Assembly (NCBI GenBank): GCA_013239625.1
Contig: MU053881.1
Span: forward strand, 6,905,957 to 6,969,956
Length of the DNA stretch: 64,000 nucleotides
Direction: 5' to 3'
Source: Lama guanicoe
Lineage: Eukaryota
Shown here: positions 12,261 to 25,800 of the stretch, in pieces
Position numbering within the stretch: position 1 is the stretch's first letter
Layout: each line of letters opens with the position of its first letter
Notes under the pieces: generated by a model
What the model was told of the DNA's origin: nothing
Database searches by the model: none
What the model saw: only the letters and a program-made list of their open reading frames with translations
Translations under genes and position numbers: made by a program

Positions 12261-15200
12261 TTCCCTGCCATGGAGAAAGCTTGTGAGGACAAGCTTTATG
12301 AAAATGGGGCCTGTTAAGCCAAATAAAATTTCACAGAGGATGTTAAGAAACACTGAATTACAAAACACAGAATACAGTAAATATTCAAGGAGATTAGCTC
12401 ATACAGGCATCTCTTCCCATGAGAATAGTTGTTATGCTAGTTGGAAATCATTCTTGGTTTAACAGGCCTCTGAAGGGCCTCAACTAAACAAACAAGTTGT
12501 TATATGGGCTCAAGTTATTGTGCCGGTTTAATAACAGTGCTAGCTACTGGGTGCTCAGGGCTGACTTGCTACTCTGTGCCATGAGTTTTACACACCTGAT
12601 TACAATTTAATTTCCAAGAAACCCCATCAGGATGTGATATTATAATTCCATTTCACAGCTGGGAAAAACTGAGGCTCAGGTCAGGTCTTGCCTAAGACAA
12701 GGATTCAAATCCAAGTCTGTGTCACCCCAGAGTCCGTTAACCTCTATGCTGTATCTGGTAGGACCATCAAAGCATTTTACAATCATGGTTCCAAGTGTGA
12801 TAACTGATGTTCCCACTGGCCATCCTTGGCATAAACCGGATGATCAAGGTTTTTGTGAGACTTTTCCAGGTGGGTACTGGAGCCAACTTCATGGCCTGCC
12901 ATCCACCATCCCAGCGAATACAGGTTAAGTGAGCACCCAAGGCAGCCTTGGTAGGAGGAAATGCCACAAAATAACAAAACAGTCCTTCGTGTCCTGCTGG
13001 CAGGAGACAGAATTAAAGCTTTCTCGGTAGAGAACAGTGGGATGAGATGAACCAAAATTATAACAGTTCTTATCCTTGACCTAGCAAGTCTACAGCTAGC
13101 AATTTTTCCTAGAGACATAATCATGGGTAAAAGAAGGCTCATTTCTGAGTTGCTGATAATATGAAATTTGCAACCAATCTAAATATCCAACCATAGGGAG
13201 TTCCTGAAATAAATTTTAGTACCCACCTGCTACAGGACACTCGATAGTCATTTAAAAGCTTGCTCCAGGATGACGTTCAAGCACGTGGAAAGCTGTTCAC
13301 AATATGTTGCATATATTAAAAAAAAAAAAGAAGTTACAAAGAATTGTAAGAAGAGTGATCGCATTTTGATGGTGCAAAACAATTTTTTTAAAAGGAAGTA
13401 ATAAATTTTAAGTATTTAATTTTTATTATTCTTGTTTCTTGCTTATATCTTATTAATGTTTCCATAATGACTGTTTTGCCTTTACAGGAAAACAATCATG
13501 CCTTTGTTCAAACAATATACAATATGAGGGTAACAGACAACTCAAAGGGATTTCGGTGTTGCAAGTGTGTGAAGCCACGCTCCCCCGGAACCCTCACCCT
13601 CTCTGGCTGTCTCCCAGATCTCCGCCTTCGGACCAGCTCAGCACCTTAGAGCCAAGGCTTCACTATATTCTAAATAGGGGTGTCCCGGAGTCTTCCTGGA
13701 AATGCAGAACTCCCCATATGCCATTTCAGTTATGTCGTAGAAAGTCTGATTTCCCTGCTGGCAAGCAGAGGGTGCTTTCGACCCCCGACCCTGGCTGAGC
13801 CTACAGACCCCCTACGTGTGCTTTTTAGGAGAAACCAAGGAGGAGGCTGAAGAGTCACCAAGTCTGGAAGGATTCCCACATGCTGGACAGGTAGAAACAA
13901 ACATGTGTTCTGGTTTCCCAGGATCCGGGCAGCAGCCTTGTACCTGGACCAGCTGGACCATCTGTGCCAGGATCCCTGTCACTCCTAGAGAAAGACCTGT
14001 CCCCAAGGAGACCCCTTCTAGTGGGAGCGATGAGTGGTCAGACGGCCACTCCTGGTTGGTGCTCCATGAGGGGTAGGTGCAGCACCGTCCGGAAGCACTG
14101 AGGAGGGAACTAACCCACGTTTGGAGGCTCAGGGAAGTTTTCCCGAGGAGGTGATGCTCAGCACTGACAGGGAAGGGGACTAGGGGGAGGGTCCTTTACA
14201 CATTCTCATCTACGTCCAGTCATCTGAAGTGGCACTGGGGTCACTTTGCGGGTGGGTGGGGTCTGAGGGCTCTGAGTCCAGTGGGGCTCTAGGCCCTTTG
14301 TCAGGTGATCAGACAAGAGCTAAGAAGAGCCAGGAGGGGTCCATAAGTCCAGGGGAGTGGGGGAGGGCGACCAGACTCAAAGCCAGGCTTCAGGTCTGAC
14401 CAAGTCTCTGCCCGGAAGGGGGCTGGAGGGAGAGGCGTGCGTGTGGCTGTGGACAGCGGTGGGTGGGAGGCGGGAAGCCGGCAGCGCAGGGAGCAGCGGG
14501 GGGGAGCAGGTGCAGCTTGGAGAAGCGCCCCCAGGGGGAGCTCCGGGTGGCTGTTGCTGCTGCAGCTTTCTCCTGTGGGATTGTGGCTTTAAGGTTCCTC
14601 AGCCTTGGGTGTCAGGAGGAGAAAAATCCATTAAGGACCCCTACCAGGCACAGAGAGAAGAGAGGGACCAGGACAGAAGAAGAGCTGATTGACGCTAAAC
14701 CTACCCGGGGAAATGGCACACACTACTTAATACACAAGGCTGGCGACGAGGAGCAAAGATGCCCCTACACCATCAATGGTTAAAGGGACACGCACCACCC
14801 TGTGATTTTCCCCAGGGTCAGCCCCGCACCCCCCTACCCCTCCTGACAGTCTGCCTCAAGCCATGGCCCCTCCCGAGTTGGACTCGTCACCTCCTGGTGA
14901 TGTGTTTCCTTCCTGCTGTGTCTGGCATCCATCAGTATGAAGGAACCTTTCCCAACCACCCGCCCCAGAAGCCCCTGCCCACCGTGCTCGCTCCCGCACA
15001 CTGTCATGTCTCTAGGGGTCCACGATTGCTATCTCTGTTGAAAATGACCTCCTTGGTTCCTTGTTTACTTCTTGTTCATTGTCGTCTCTCTCACTTGTTC
15101 TCCAGGGCTGGACCTCGTCTTTTCATCACCGCCACTTAGTGCCTAGAACAGTACCTGGCTTGTAGTATGGCTTGGTAAAATGTTGCTGAATGAGTGAAAG

Positions 15201-16199
15201 GTGATTGAGTCTAGGGGGAAGAAAACAAGTTCTTGAATCAGACAGAGAAGCCCCAGGACTGAGCCCAACTCCACCACTTACCCACGGGGTGAGCTTTGAG
15301 CCCATGCCCTGATTTGTAAGATGGGTTAGGCAAGGACTGTGGACCTGCAAAGTACCTAATATAGCATAAGCCTTCTAAAAGGTACCTTTAAATTTTATTA
15401 TTATGATAAAGAATAAAGAGAGGAATTTTGCTGTTTTAGCGGAGGTGGGATGGAGTAAGAGCTCCGAATGGCCAGCAAGTGAGCTGGATGGAGATTTACC
15501 TCCCGCACGGGCCGGGAGGGAGAGGAAAGAGAGGAAGGACAGAGTGAGCAGCCCCAAGGACCTCTGTGCCATCACACAGAGGGACGGGAAGGCTGAGCTG
15601 TCGGCATTCTCTGCCCTCAAGGGGAGATTGAACAAGGTTTCTCGGGACAATCTCTGGGCAGGTTTAGGGCAAATCGCGTGAACTCCGCTGTTGCCCAGTA
15701 GCATGTCTGTTTGCCGGGAGGGTTTTTAGACCAGCTCAGCAACCCATCCCCAGCCATGGGGCAATGTCTTTGCATCTTACTGTGTGGACTGCCCTGGTAG
15801 AGGAACCAGGTTGGGCGTCACGGCTTCCTGTTTCGTTTCTTTCATTTGATACAGAGGGTGACGATCTGGATATTGCAGTTGGGTCAGGCTTGCAGTAAAA
15901 GGCAAAGTTTAGCTGAACAGAAGAATACATTCTGGAGAAAATGGAGGAAGGGAGTCAAGACCCAGCTGGTTCAAGAGAAAGGTGACAACTAAGCAGAGAG
16001 AGAAAAATGCTCATTGAGGGCTCCAAGAATAAAGGGAAAACTTACATGAGGTGGTGGGGAGCAGGGAGAGGACAGGACCAGGCTGGGGAGGCCTGGGTTC
16101 CAGCACGGGCTCTGCCCTCAACTGCTGTGTGGCTTTAGGCCAGTGACCTCCCCTCTCTGGGCTTCAGTTGTCTCAATTATCACCTGCACTCTTTCCTTC

Positions 16200-17050
16200 T
16201 ATCATTCACTCACTGATTCGATTCAAAAACACTTCTCAGGCACTTAGTTTGCACTGGGCACTTCTGTAGGTCCTGGGGAGCAAAGCTGACAAAAATCCCC
16301 ACCCTCGTGTTTTCTGCTCACAGTAAACGAAACCAGGAAAATACGTTGTGTCTTAGATTGGGGTAAGTGCTAAGAAGAAAAAAGGGTGGAGGAAGGGGAC
16401 AAGGATCCTATTCTGAAAGGGTGACTTCTGAGTCAAGACCTAAGGAGGTGAGGGAGCGAGCCAAGAGGACATTGGGGCAGAGAGGATTCCAGAGGGGACA
16501 GCTGGTGTGAAAGGTTGCTCTGAACATGAAACCTTCTCATCTCCACTCTTTTCCATGCCACCAGCTGGGCTGCTGCTGGTGGCAGCCTCCTGAGTGGCCT
16601 CCCTGCCTCTGCTCCTGCTCTTCCAGGCCTCTGTCCACATATGACTAGGGTGACTCTTTAAAATATGTCAGACCCCATCATTTCCCTGCTCAAAACCTAC
16701 TGGGAACCCCTACCACACTCACAACAAATGCCGAACTCCTCGGCATGGTCCTTCAGCAGCTCCCGTGCCCTGCCCCCTCTCCTTTCTCCCTGGCTCACTC
16801 TTTCCCAGCTTTTCTGCTGGGATGTGGTTTCTGGAACACACCAAGCAAGCTTCAGCCTCGGGGGCTTTGCCCACAGCCTGTGCTTGGATGTCCTTCCTCA
16901 TTACCCAAGTCTGGCTTCCTGACTTCATGCAGAGGCCACCTCCTCAGGAGGGCCTCTTTGATTGACTCACCCAAGCAAGTACTCCCTTACCTTCTGCCCC
17001 TTTACCCTGCTTTATTTGTCTTCATATTTATCACTCCCTCCCATCATTAA
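16200..17050. mobile_element. L2 LINE remnants
   Basis: cattcactcactgattcgattca... and ...cagaccccatcatttccctgctcaaaacc...ggggctttgcccac. Confidence 0.6.
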
Positions 17051-17163
17051 TATATTTATAATAATAACTATAATTGATCGGATGTTTACTATGTGCTGAA
17101 CACTATTCTAAACATCCAAGAATTAATTCATATTCCCCCAAACTCCTTGAAGATAACATTATT

Positions 17164-17713
17164 TTTGTTTACTGAAGTATAGTTGATTTACAATATTGTG
17201 TTAGTTTCAGATGTACAGCAAAGTGGTTTTATATATGTCTATATCTATATTCTTTTTAAAATTCTTTTCCATCACAGTTTATTCCAAGACATTGAATGTA
17301 GTTCCCTGTGCTATACCCATACATTCTTGTTGTTTATCTATTTTACATATGGTCGTGTGCGTCTGTTAATCCTGTACTTCCAATTTATCTTGCCCTGCTC
17401 CCACTACCTTCCCCTTTGGTAACAATAGGTTTGTTTTTTTGTCTGTGAGTCTGTTTCTGTTTTGTAAATAAGCTCATTTGTAATATTTTTTTAGATTCCA
17501 CATATAGGTGGTATCATATAAAATTTGTCTTTCTCTGACTTACTTCTTTAGTAGGTAATATCTAGGTGTACCCACATTGCTGCAAGTGGCACTGTATCAT
17601 TCTTTTTATGGTTGCGTGACATTCCGTGGTACCTCTGTACTGTCTCTTCTTTATCCATTCACCTGCTGATGGACACTTAGGTTGCTTTCATGTCTTGGCT
17701 ATTGTAAATGGTG
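17164..17713 (-). mobile_element. 5'-truncated cetartiodactyl-type L1 3' end inserted into a MIR
   Basis: tgaagtatagttgatttacaatattgtgttagtttcag...; degenerate TSD GAAGATAACATTATT (17149) / GAGGATGGCATTATT (17714). Confidence 0.8.
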
Positions 17714-17879
17714 GAGGATGGCATTATTATTAACTACATTTTATAGATCAGTAATCTGAGAGTCAGAGAGTTTAAGACCAGTTGGGAGACCTTGAAAGTT
17801 TGCTCAAAGTCTCCCAACCAGTGAGTGTCAGAGAAGGTTCAATCCCTGGGGCTTCCGTTATTGACCATAATATTCTTGA

Positions 17880-18080
17880 CCAGCACTGCCCAAAAGAGCT
17901 CTGCAATGATGAGATTAGTCTGTGTTCAAAATGGTAGCCACTGGCCGCATGTGACTGTTGAGTGCTTGAAATGTCTGTGGCCAAGGAATGGAAAATTTTA
18001 TTTTATTTTATTTCATTTTATTTTAATTACTTTTAATGTAAGTAACCACTTGTAGCTAGTGGGTACTGCATTGGACAGTA
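17880..18080. mobile_element. MER3-like hAT MITE
   Basis: atggtagccactggccgcatgtgactgttgagtgcttgaaatgt...tagctagtgggtactgcattggacag. Confidence 0.75.
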
Positions 18081-18280
18081 GAAACCTGGGGTCTCTTATT
18101 TGTTCCTATGTTGATATTTGTCTCCCACATAGGGAGGGAGATTTTCTGTGCTTCAGTTTCTTTATCTTATGGTGAGGGAAATACCTTATAAGGCTGTTGT
18201 GAGGATGAAAAAAATATATATATGTATGTATATATGGCTTAGAACATAGACTGGCACAAAATAAATACACAATGCTTGTT

Positions 18281-18338
18281 CATCATCTCCATCATCATCA
18301 TCACCACCATCACCACCACCACCATCACCACCACCACC
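18281..18338. repeat. (CAT)n/(CAC)n trinucleotide repeat
   Basis: Direct reading. Confidence 0.9.
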
Positions 18339-18499
18339 TTTTTAAAAAAATTATTATCATTATAAGGCTCCATAAGAATACGGACTTTGTTCTCTGGTGA
18401 ATTCCCAATACTTAGAACATTTTGGCACAGGGTAGGTGCTCAGTAAATATTTCTTGAATGTATAAATAAGTGAATTGAATTGCATATGGGACTCGGATA

Positions 18500-18640
18500 A
18501 GGCTCATCTGTCACAAACTAGAACTCTTTGGGGGGCTCGGCAGGGAACGTAAGCGGGTGAAGGGTGATGGTGTAAGATAAAGGGGGAGGGTTGGGCACTG
18601 TGGCAAACCGAAGAGAACATGCCCCAGGTAAAGGTCTTCA
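18500..18640. mobile_element. MER102-like hAT-Charlie fragment
   Basis: ggtgtaagataaagggggagggttgggcactgtggcaaacc...catgcccc; similar to copies at 36640, 37600 and 38560. Confidence 0.55.
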
Positions 18641-19483
18641 AAGTCATTTCCCGGGGGTGGGGGCAGTAGGGAGGAGCACTGTGGGCCAAGCAGAAAACCC
18701 ACAGGGCTGTGCCTTTGGGGGACTTTGTTACTCCATTATCACCAGCGTCTGGTTCCATTTCCCAGAGGCACAACCCTAGACATTCCACAGCCCTGAGAGG
18801 CCTCCTTTGAGAGTGAAGCATCCAGGGCCCGGGGCTTAGAAAACCAGTGCCGCGGACGGTGCTGGGTGAAGACGCGCTTGTTTGTGTGCTCACTCAGTGC
18901 AGATCTTTCTGGGAAAACTGAGCGGTGCCTCAGAAACTACATAGTGATTTATTTTTTTAAAAAAAAAGAAAGAAAAGAAAAAAAAGAATAAAATGTAACT
19001 GGCTTGAGAAACAGGAACATCAACCTGGGAAGTGGCAACCAAGTTGACAGCAGTGACAGGGAAAGCGACTCAATGCCTTGTGTCAACAGTGGAGTCTTCT
19101 CTTCGACAGGGTTCAGTGACAGATCAGTAGGCAAAGCGACCCACGCCATTGAAAGTCCTTTCTCTCCTCCCAGACGTGCCCCGTGCTGTTAATGTAAGGC
19201 ATCGGTGCACATGATGTGAACGTCACACCGGCAGGGGCTTCACTGACATCAGCTCTCCTCTGCTTGTCTTCCGCCAGTCCCCTGAGAGTGACATGAGTCC
19301 TGCCCTAAGAACCAGCATCCCTCATGAGAGTCACAGTTGTTTGATCTTGGGCACCCCCGGGCAATGAGTCTTTCCAACTAAAACATTCTGTGTCATTCAG
19401 TGATACCAAATCAGAACTGGCTCCCAGGGGCAGACTCCAGATGTGACTTGTTGGGTATATATATATATATTTAAGTTAGTTGA

Positions 19484-19900
19484 TGTATTAGTTTTCTACT
19501 ACTGCTGTAATTTATGCTGACCATAAATTTAGTGACTCAGAACAACACAAATCCATGATCTTACAGTTCTGGAGACCAAAATCATCCAACACAGGTCTCA
19601 CTGGGCTCATCTTGGGGGCTTTGTTTCTTCCTTAAAATCTAGGAGAAAATCCTTTTCCTCGTCTTTCCCAATTGCTAGAGACACTCCCATTTCTTGTCTG
19701 GTCGCCTCCTGCCTCCATTTTCAAAATCAGTATTGTTTCACCTCTCTGTGTCTTTCTCCCATAACCGAATCTCCCATTGACTCTTTCCTCTTCTGCCTCC
19801 CTCTTCCTCTTGTAAAGACCCTTGTGATGACACTGCCCACTCCACCAAGTTTTCAGGATAATCCTCCCATTTTAAGGTTGATTATATTCTGCCTACCGCA
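19484..19900 (-). mobile_element. MLT1 (ERVL-MaLR) solo LTR nested in a MER102-like element (~19410-20180)
   Basis: Ends tgtattagtttt...attctgcctaccgca; cttacagttctggag core; MER102-like gatctggcaacactgggccc follows. Confidence 0.7.
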
Positions 19901-21552
19901 GGAGATTGCATTTCTTTTTATAAAAAAAAACATACAATCTAGCTTTCTGTGATTTTCTTGTAACAAAGATCTGGCAACACTGGGCCCCAGTCTTGCACCA
20001 GCAGGTTCCCCTTACAGTACGGCAACAATGGGCTTGGACTGAGCTGCTCCCTGTCTGCCCTAGTGCCCACCCCTCCTTATCATCTTCCTGACTGACGCCC
20101 AGAGTAAGTGGCCATTTGCCATTGCACTGGGTTATTGTTTTTCTTACTAAGCTTGCGTCTCTCACCTGCATTTGCCCCTGGCCTCAACACCCGTTGAGCC
20201 TACAGCATCTCTTCTTAATTCTTAGGAAATCCCAACTCTACCCCTTTGGCTGTCCGTCTACATCAGGAAAATTACACAGTAGTGTATGCAATTGATCCCC
20301 ACCCACATGTGACACAGGAAAGGGGAGCTCAGTGTTGTATGCAACCCAGGAACCCACAGCAATAGAGAGCCAACTGCTGGTCTCTGGGGAAGGATGAATG
20401 AGGCAGATATGTTCCCAACAGTGAATGATGCCAGCAAACACCACTATCTATGGTGTGCCAGGGGCTGCATTCTGTGCTTGCAATTTTATTTCACTGAATC
20501 CTCATGACCACTTAATGAGGCTGATGCTATTATTTAGCTTTTCCCCACCCCTCTCCGGAAACTGTGGCACAGAGAAGTTAAGTAAGTTGCCCAAGGTCAC
20601 ACAGCTGGGGTGTATCAAAGTTGGAATTCAAACATGTTATTCTGACTCCAGAGTCTGAGACTTGATTCTTACAAGCTCTGCCTTTAGAGAGAATTGTCTA
20701 TGATTTCAAGATTCTGAGGGATTAAAATTGGGAATAAAAGCTGGACCAGACGGATCATTCTACCAGGGCTCCAGAATAGACTTGAGTCCTTCTGAGTCCC
20801 CAGTTTCACACAGGAAGCCACCAAAACAGGAACAAAGGTCCTCTGTCGGAGGATCCTGCCCCTGGAGGAATTCTGGCCTTGAAGTTGCCTAGGCAAGAAT
20901 TCCTAAATCGCAACCCTGGCACTCAGAGGGCACACAATGCCAGCAAGAAGGCCTGAAACTAGAACAGATAACAAGGAACCGTGGTGGGTGTTGGGGAGGA
21001 GGGAGGGACGCTTTTTTGTGAGAACCTGGCACTGCTGTTGGCTTTTCAAACATTACATTTAGATCTGTGAGCCCGATTAACTTCCCTGGTTAAAAGATAA
21101 AGTGGACCTTCCAGTTCTAGTAAAAGCAGGAGAGGACAGTAGCTCTGGGGAGGCCCATCAAATGGCTCGAGCATGCTCCCACCTGAGTTTAGCCTGGGGC
21201 TTCTGCCTGTGACAAATGGGATACTGATTTCCTGCTTAACGCGAATAGACTCACCATTTGCCAGAACAAATAAGGTGTAGGGAACTCTTAACCCGGGCAG
21301 GTGAGACTCTGCCAGACAACATTGATCGAGGCATCCATGTAAGCAGGTGAGAGCTCCGTGACTGTGTGCTCCCATTTGCCAGGGATGGCCCTGAAGTACG
21401 CCTGCTGCCCTGCTGTGTTATGAATAGTGCCCCTTCCACTTTCAGAAACTTCCAGCTTGGCTGAGAACATATTCAATCACCCTCCGATGATGTTCTGTGA
21501 ATAAATCCTTGTGAATAAATAAATTTTAGAATAAATACTTGCTATCTGGTGA

Positions 21553-22018
21553 TAGGCGTACCTCCTTTTATTGTGCTTTGCAGATACAGCACTTTTTTTT
21601 TTTACAGATTGAAGGTTCATGATAATCCCGCATCGAGCAATTCTCTCGGCATCATTTTTCCAACAGCATTTGTTCACTTTGTGTCTCTGTTGTCACGTTT
21701 TGGTAATTCTTACAATGTTTGAGACATTTTCATTACTATTATATTTGTTATGGTGATCTTGATGTGACTACGATGACTTGCTGAAGGCCTGGGTGATGGT
21801 TAACCTTTTTTAGCAATAAAGTATTTTTAAATTAAGGTATATACATTGTTCTTTAAAGACATAATGCTATCGCACACTTAACAGACTCCAGTATAGTGAA
21901 AACATAACCTTTATATGCACTGGGAAACCAAAAAACTTCATGTGACTCACTTCATTGCAGTATTCACTTTATTGTGGCAGTCTGAAACTGAACCTGCAAT
22001 GTCTCTAAGGTGTGCCTG
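21553..22018 (+). mobile_element. Internally deleted Tigger1-derived DNA transposon
   Basis: Termini taggcgtacctc...ggtgtgcctg; both Tigger1 ends present; homologous to the copy at 53921. Confidence 0.85.
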
Positions 22019-22464
22019 AATTTTGTGTCTTTTCTGTTTCTTTCTCCGAAAGGAAACGAACAGAAAATTAGTGACTGAGAGCATCAGAGAACGTCAGAGC
22101 TGAGAAGAAGCTCTAGACATTTTCTGAGAAAAGGAACTAACCCTGTGACATCTCTACTATAGGCCAGACAGTTCGGGCACAAGACACAAGCAACTTCCTT
22201 TGCCACAGAATCGCCCAGAGGAGTGATGAGTATTACTAGCCTCTTTTAAAGATGAGGAAACTTCGGAAAGGACTCGATGCTCAGACACCAGTTGATGGCA
22301 TGACTAAGGTTAGAATCCAAGCCTGGATTCTCCCAGTCTCTCAACCCCTCAGTCTCTTCCTTACTCCAGGCCACCTCTTGCCTTCCTTTTGACATTTTTT
22401 TTTTTTGTGGTAAATTAAAGAAGAATGGAACATGTATCCTGGAAGACCTGTGGATTTTTTGTTG

Positions 22465-22826
22465 TGCTATGGGCTGAATGTGTGTCCCCCTAAAGCTGAT
22501 ATGTTGAAACCCTGAGTGTGTGTGTGACAGTATTAGGAGGCGGGGCCTTTAGGAAGGGCTTAGGTCGTGGGATGGAGCCCCTGTGAGTGGGATTAGTGCC
22601 CTGATGAAACAGACCCCAGGGAGCTCCCTCGTCCTTTCTACCACGTGAGGACATTGTGAGAAGGTGCTGGCTGTGCGCTGGGAAGAGGGCTCTCACCAGA
22701 ACCCAGTCATGCTGGTATCTTGATCTTCGACTTCCAGCCTCCAGAACCGTGAAAAGCAAACTTCTATTGTTTGTAAGCCACCCAGCCTGCGGTGTTTCGT
22801 TATACAAACCTAAATGGACTTAGGCA
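22465..22826 (+). mobile_element. MLT1A-like solo LTR
   Basis: TG...CA ends, perfect 5-bp TSD TGTTG (22460 and 22827), gacttccagcctccagaaccgtga motif. Confidence 0.9.
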
Positions 22827-25800
22827 TGTTGTGAGCAGCAGAATCCAACTTCGTGCTACCTGAGCAACAGGGTAATTTATTAGCAGGGTACTTTTGCACA
22901 TTTGCATACAGAAAAGGACAGCTTTGAGAACCAGATTTGGAGAAGCCAAGGGTTTCCACAACAGAGAGAGGCAGGCTTCTTCAGGGCCCCAGGCTGGAGT
23001 GAACGAGGGACGTTCATGTTGCCATATTCCCCCCTTAGTTTCCTTTTCTCCTTGGCCACTCCCACCTGGCAGCCTTGCTCAGCCTGACCCAGCTGGGCCC
23101 ATCGCCCGAAGCAGGTGCCTCCCTACCTGCGGGAGAGAAAAATGTATGCAAACCAAGAATCATTACTTTGGGAGACAAAATACCCTTTCTTTCGTAGCCT
23201 ATTAAATGTGGTTCTGGGTAAAAAATACTGATTATTCACTTACTGAAATTTCCGTCCTTGGAAACAATATTTCTCAGTGGAAAGAGTCTGAGCGTCCGCC
23301 AGGTTTGGTTTCAAATCCCACATTCTACCCCTGATTATCTGCGAGGCCTTGGACAGGCATTTGTTTTTTCTCTGCAATCTGTAAAATGGGTATATTTGCC
23401 TCTATTTCCTTGTCACAAAAAGCAGTCATAAGGATCCCATGATATTACACACGTAAGATTCGAACATTTCTTTTCTCCAAACCCTCGAGGTCTCACAGAA
23501 GGGTTAAGATAGATAAATTTTGTGTTCTAGATGCATCTTCTTTTCCTCAGGCCCCTAACCCACTCTTTGTAAGGCGCCCATTGTCTGTTCCAGGAACATG
23601 CCCCTGGGGAGGAAGCTCTGACAGCACAGGAAGGAGCCCAAACAAGGCGCCTCTCCCAGGACAGTGTATTGGATGATGCACTCTGTCTGGGTGAAAAATC
23701 TGGGATATAAACTGGAGGTCAGGGCACTGATATCATCAAGGCAGATAATGCAGCCAACATCAGAAGTCGTGTGGAGGCCGCACACGCCAAGGCCACAGGT
23801 GAGGCAGGAACGTCCAGACTGAAAGTCAAGGGCAAAGTGATTTGCCGAGACCAAAGGGACAAGTCATAAAGGCAGAGCAGACGGAAATCCACCTGGCCCT
23901 GCGTCGGCATATTCCTGCTCCATGCTGACGAGCTGTAGGAACTCAGGCAAGGGAATTCTGGTCTCAGCGTCTATAGAATGGGAGCACTGCCATCTACCTA
24001 CTCCTAGGGCTTCTGTGAGGATTAAATGTGCTGAGAGCTGTCACGGACGGGATCCACGCTGGGCTGCTGGGCTTGCTGGTCGCAAGTCTCTCCCCCTTAG
24101 TGGCACGGGTGCACTTCCTGGGCCCACAGCTCGCCCTTGGAGCGTGCAGCCTGTGGGCCGAGGTCGGTGGCCTTTGCTGGGCTAGAGGTACCATTGCTTC
24201 TGCTCCTCCTGCACCCAGCCCGTCCCCTCCCCCACTGCCCTTCTCCAGCTCGCTTGAGGAGGACGGATGGGGCAAGGCTTTTCCCTCCTCTATCAAGCTG
24301 AGAAGACTGCCTCCCCCTCCCTGCCCCTGCCCACGGCCCACCCACCCACGCAGGCACCCAGGGAGTTTCCCTTCCAGGCGGCCCTGTCTGGGGAAAGGCT
24401 GCCCAAATGAAAAATAGGGCAGACGAGGAAGAGAGGCTTGACAGGAAGTCCAAATAAGCACTTCCTCCCACCCACCTTCACACTTCTGAGGCACCTCAGC
24501 CAAAACAGAAGAGAGAGACAGAGAGGATGAAAAAAAAAAATACATGCATATATATATATTTATATATATGAGAAGAATGAAATTGTCATCTCTGAGGAAG
24601 TGGAAAATATCGCTCCTCACTGCCACACGCACAGCAGCTGCTTCATGCTTTCCTCCTGCACATCCCAGGATGGGGGAGGTGGGGCCGGTGTCCAGACGGG
24701 GGTGGCGGTCAAGTCAGAGTTGGGGGTGCAGCCTGGAGAAGGGCTGCCCTGGGCTTGCCGGAGCCCCTCCCTACTCTCCACCACCTCCTCCAGCCCCCTC
24801 CAGCAGTGGCGAGGATGGCCCTGCACATCAGGGGAGGCTGTGTGGCCGGCCCGTCCCTGCTGGCACACCCATTCCAAGGCAGGGTCCCCAAATTCTGTGT
24901 GTCAGTGTATGGCTGCCAGGTGCCTGGAGCTGCCCTGCTCAGCAGGACCGTCCGGACCCCTTCCTGGCTCTCCTGGCTGGACCCTCCCATGTGGGTGGAG
25001 CCTTTGCCATCCAGAAAGATTTCACCCAGATGGTGCTTCCAGTGCCAGTCTCTGGGAGCAGAAGGGGAAACCGTCCCCTCCCCGTGAAGGTGACAGCTGC
25101 CGCTCTCGTTCCCGCTGTAGACAAACCCGCACAACCCCTAAGGCAAGTTCCAGTAGAATTGCCCTCAGCCTCAAGTGACACATGGAGCCATAACAACCTG
25201 GTGGAGGTGAGGCTGGAGCGACCCCACAGAAGGGCAATCTCTCCATCGCCCGCGGGACCCCAAGGCGCCACCTGCTCTGGGCCACACGCCACTACCTTTT
25301 TATCCCTCCCTGAGGCAACACTCTGTCCAAACCAAATCCAAATGAGCACTTTCTCCCTTCCACCTTCTCGTTCCACAGGTACCGTGTGGAAGGTCAACAT
25401 GTTCTCCCTCCAAAGGCCTTACTTTCCATTTTCTCCTGGTCCCGGAGTGACAACTCCCTCCTCCATCCCCTCCCCTGCCCCCCAGGCCCCCAGAGGCCAC
25501 AACCCACAAGCCTCTTCTAATGAACTGCGTATTTTTCTCACCTCTAAAATTAGCCGTGGAGAAAGGCAGTTATCTCCCCATCTAACTCTTCAGTGGTTTA
25601 GCAGGAAAGAGAGAGAGCTTTAGGTATGGACAGTATGCGGTTGGGCGGGGGGGCACGAATATTAGGTGACCCTCTGCTCTGGGTTGCAGTGTGCTGTTCC
25701 CGCATCCATTCTTTGTCTCTAGGACCTAAAAATCTGACACGTCACTCCTTGCAAGATTTGCTTTCTCATCCACAGCTCTGTTGGATGCACATTTGAGATT

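Noticed and set aside
24544..25623. 359-aa ORF, the longest in the window
   Set aside because: Starts in a (TA)n tract, has Pro/Ser/Gly-rich composition typical of GC-rich non-coding DNA, overlaps ORFs in other frames, and has no recognisable domain; a BLASTP/PhyloCSF check would be decisive
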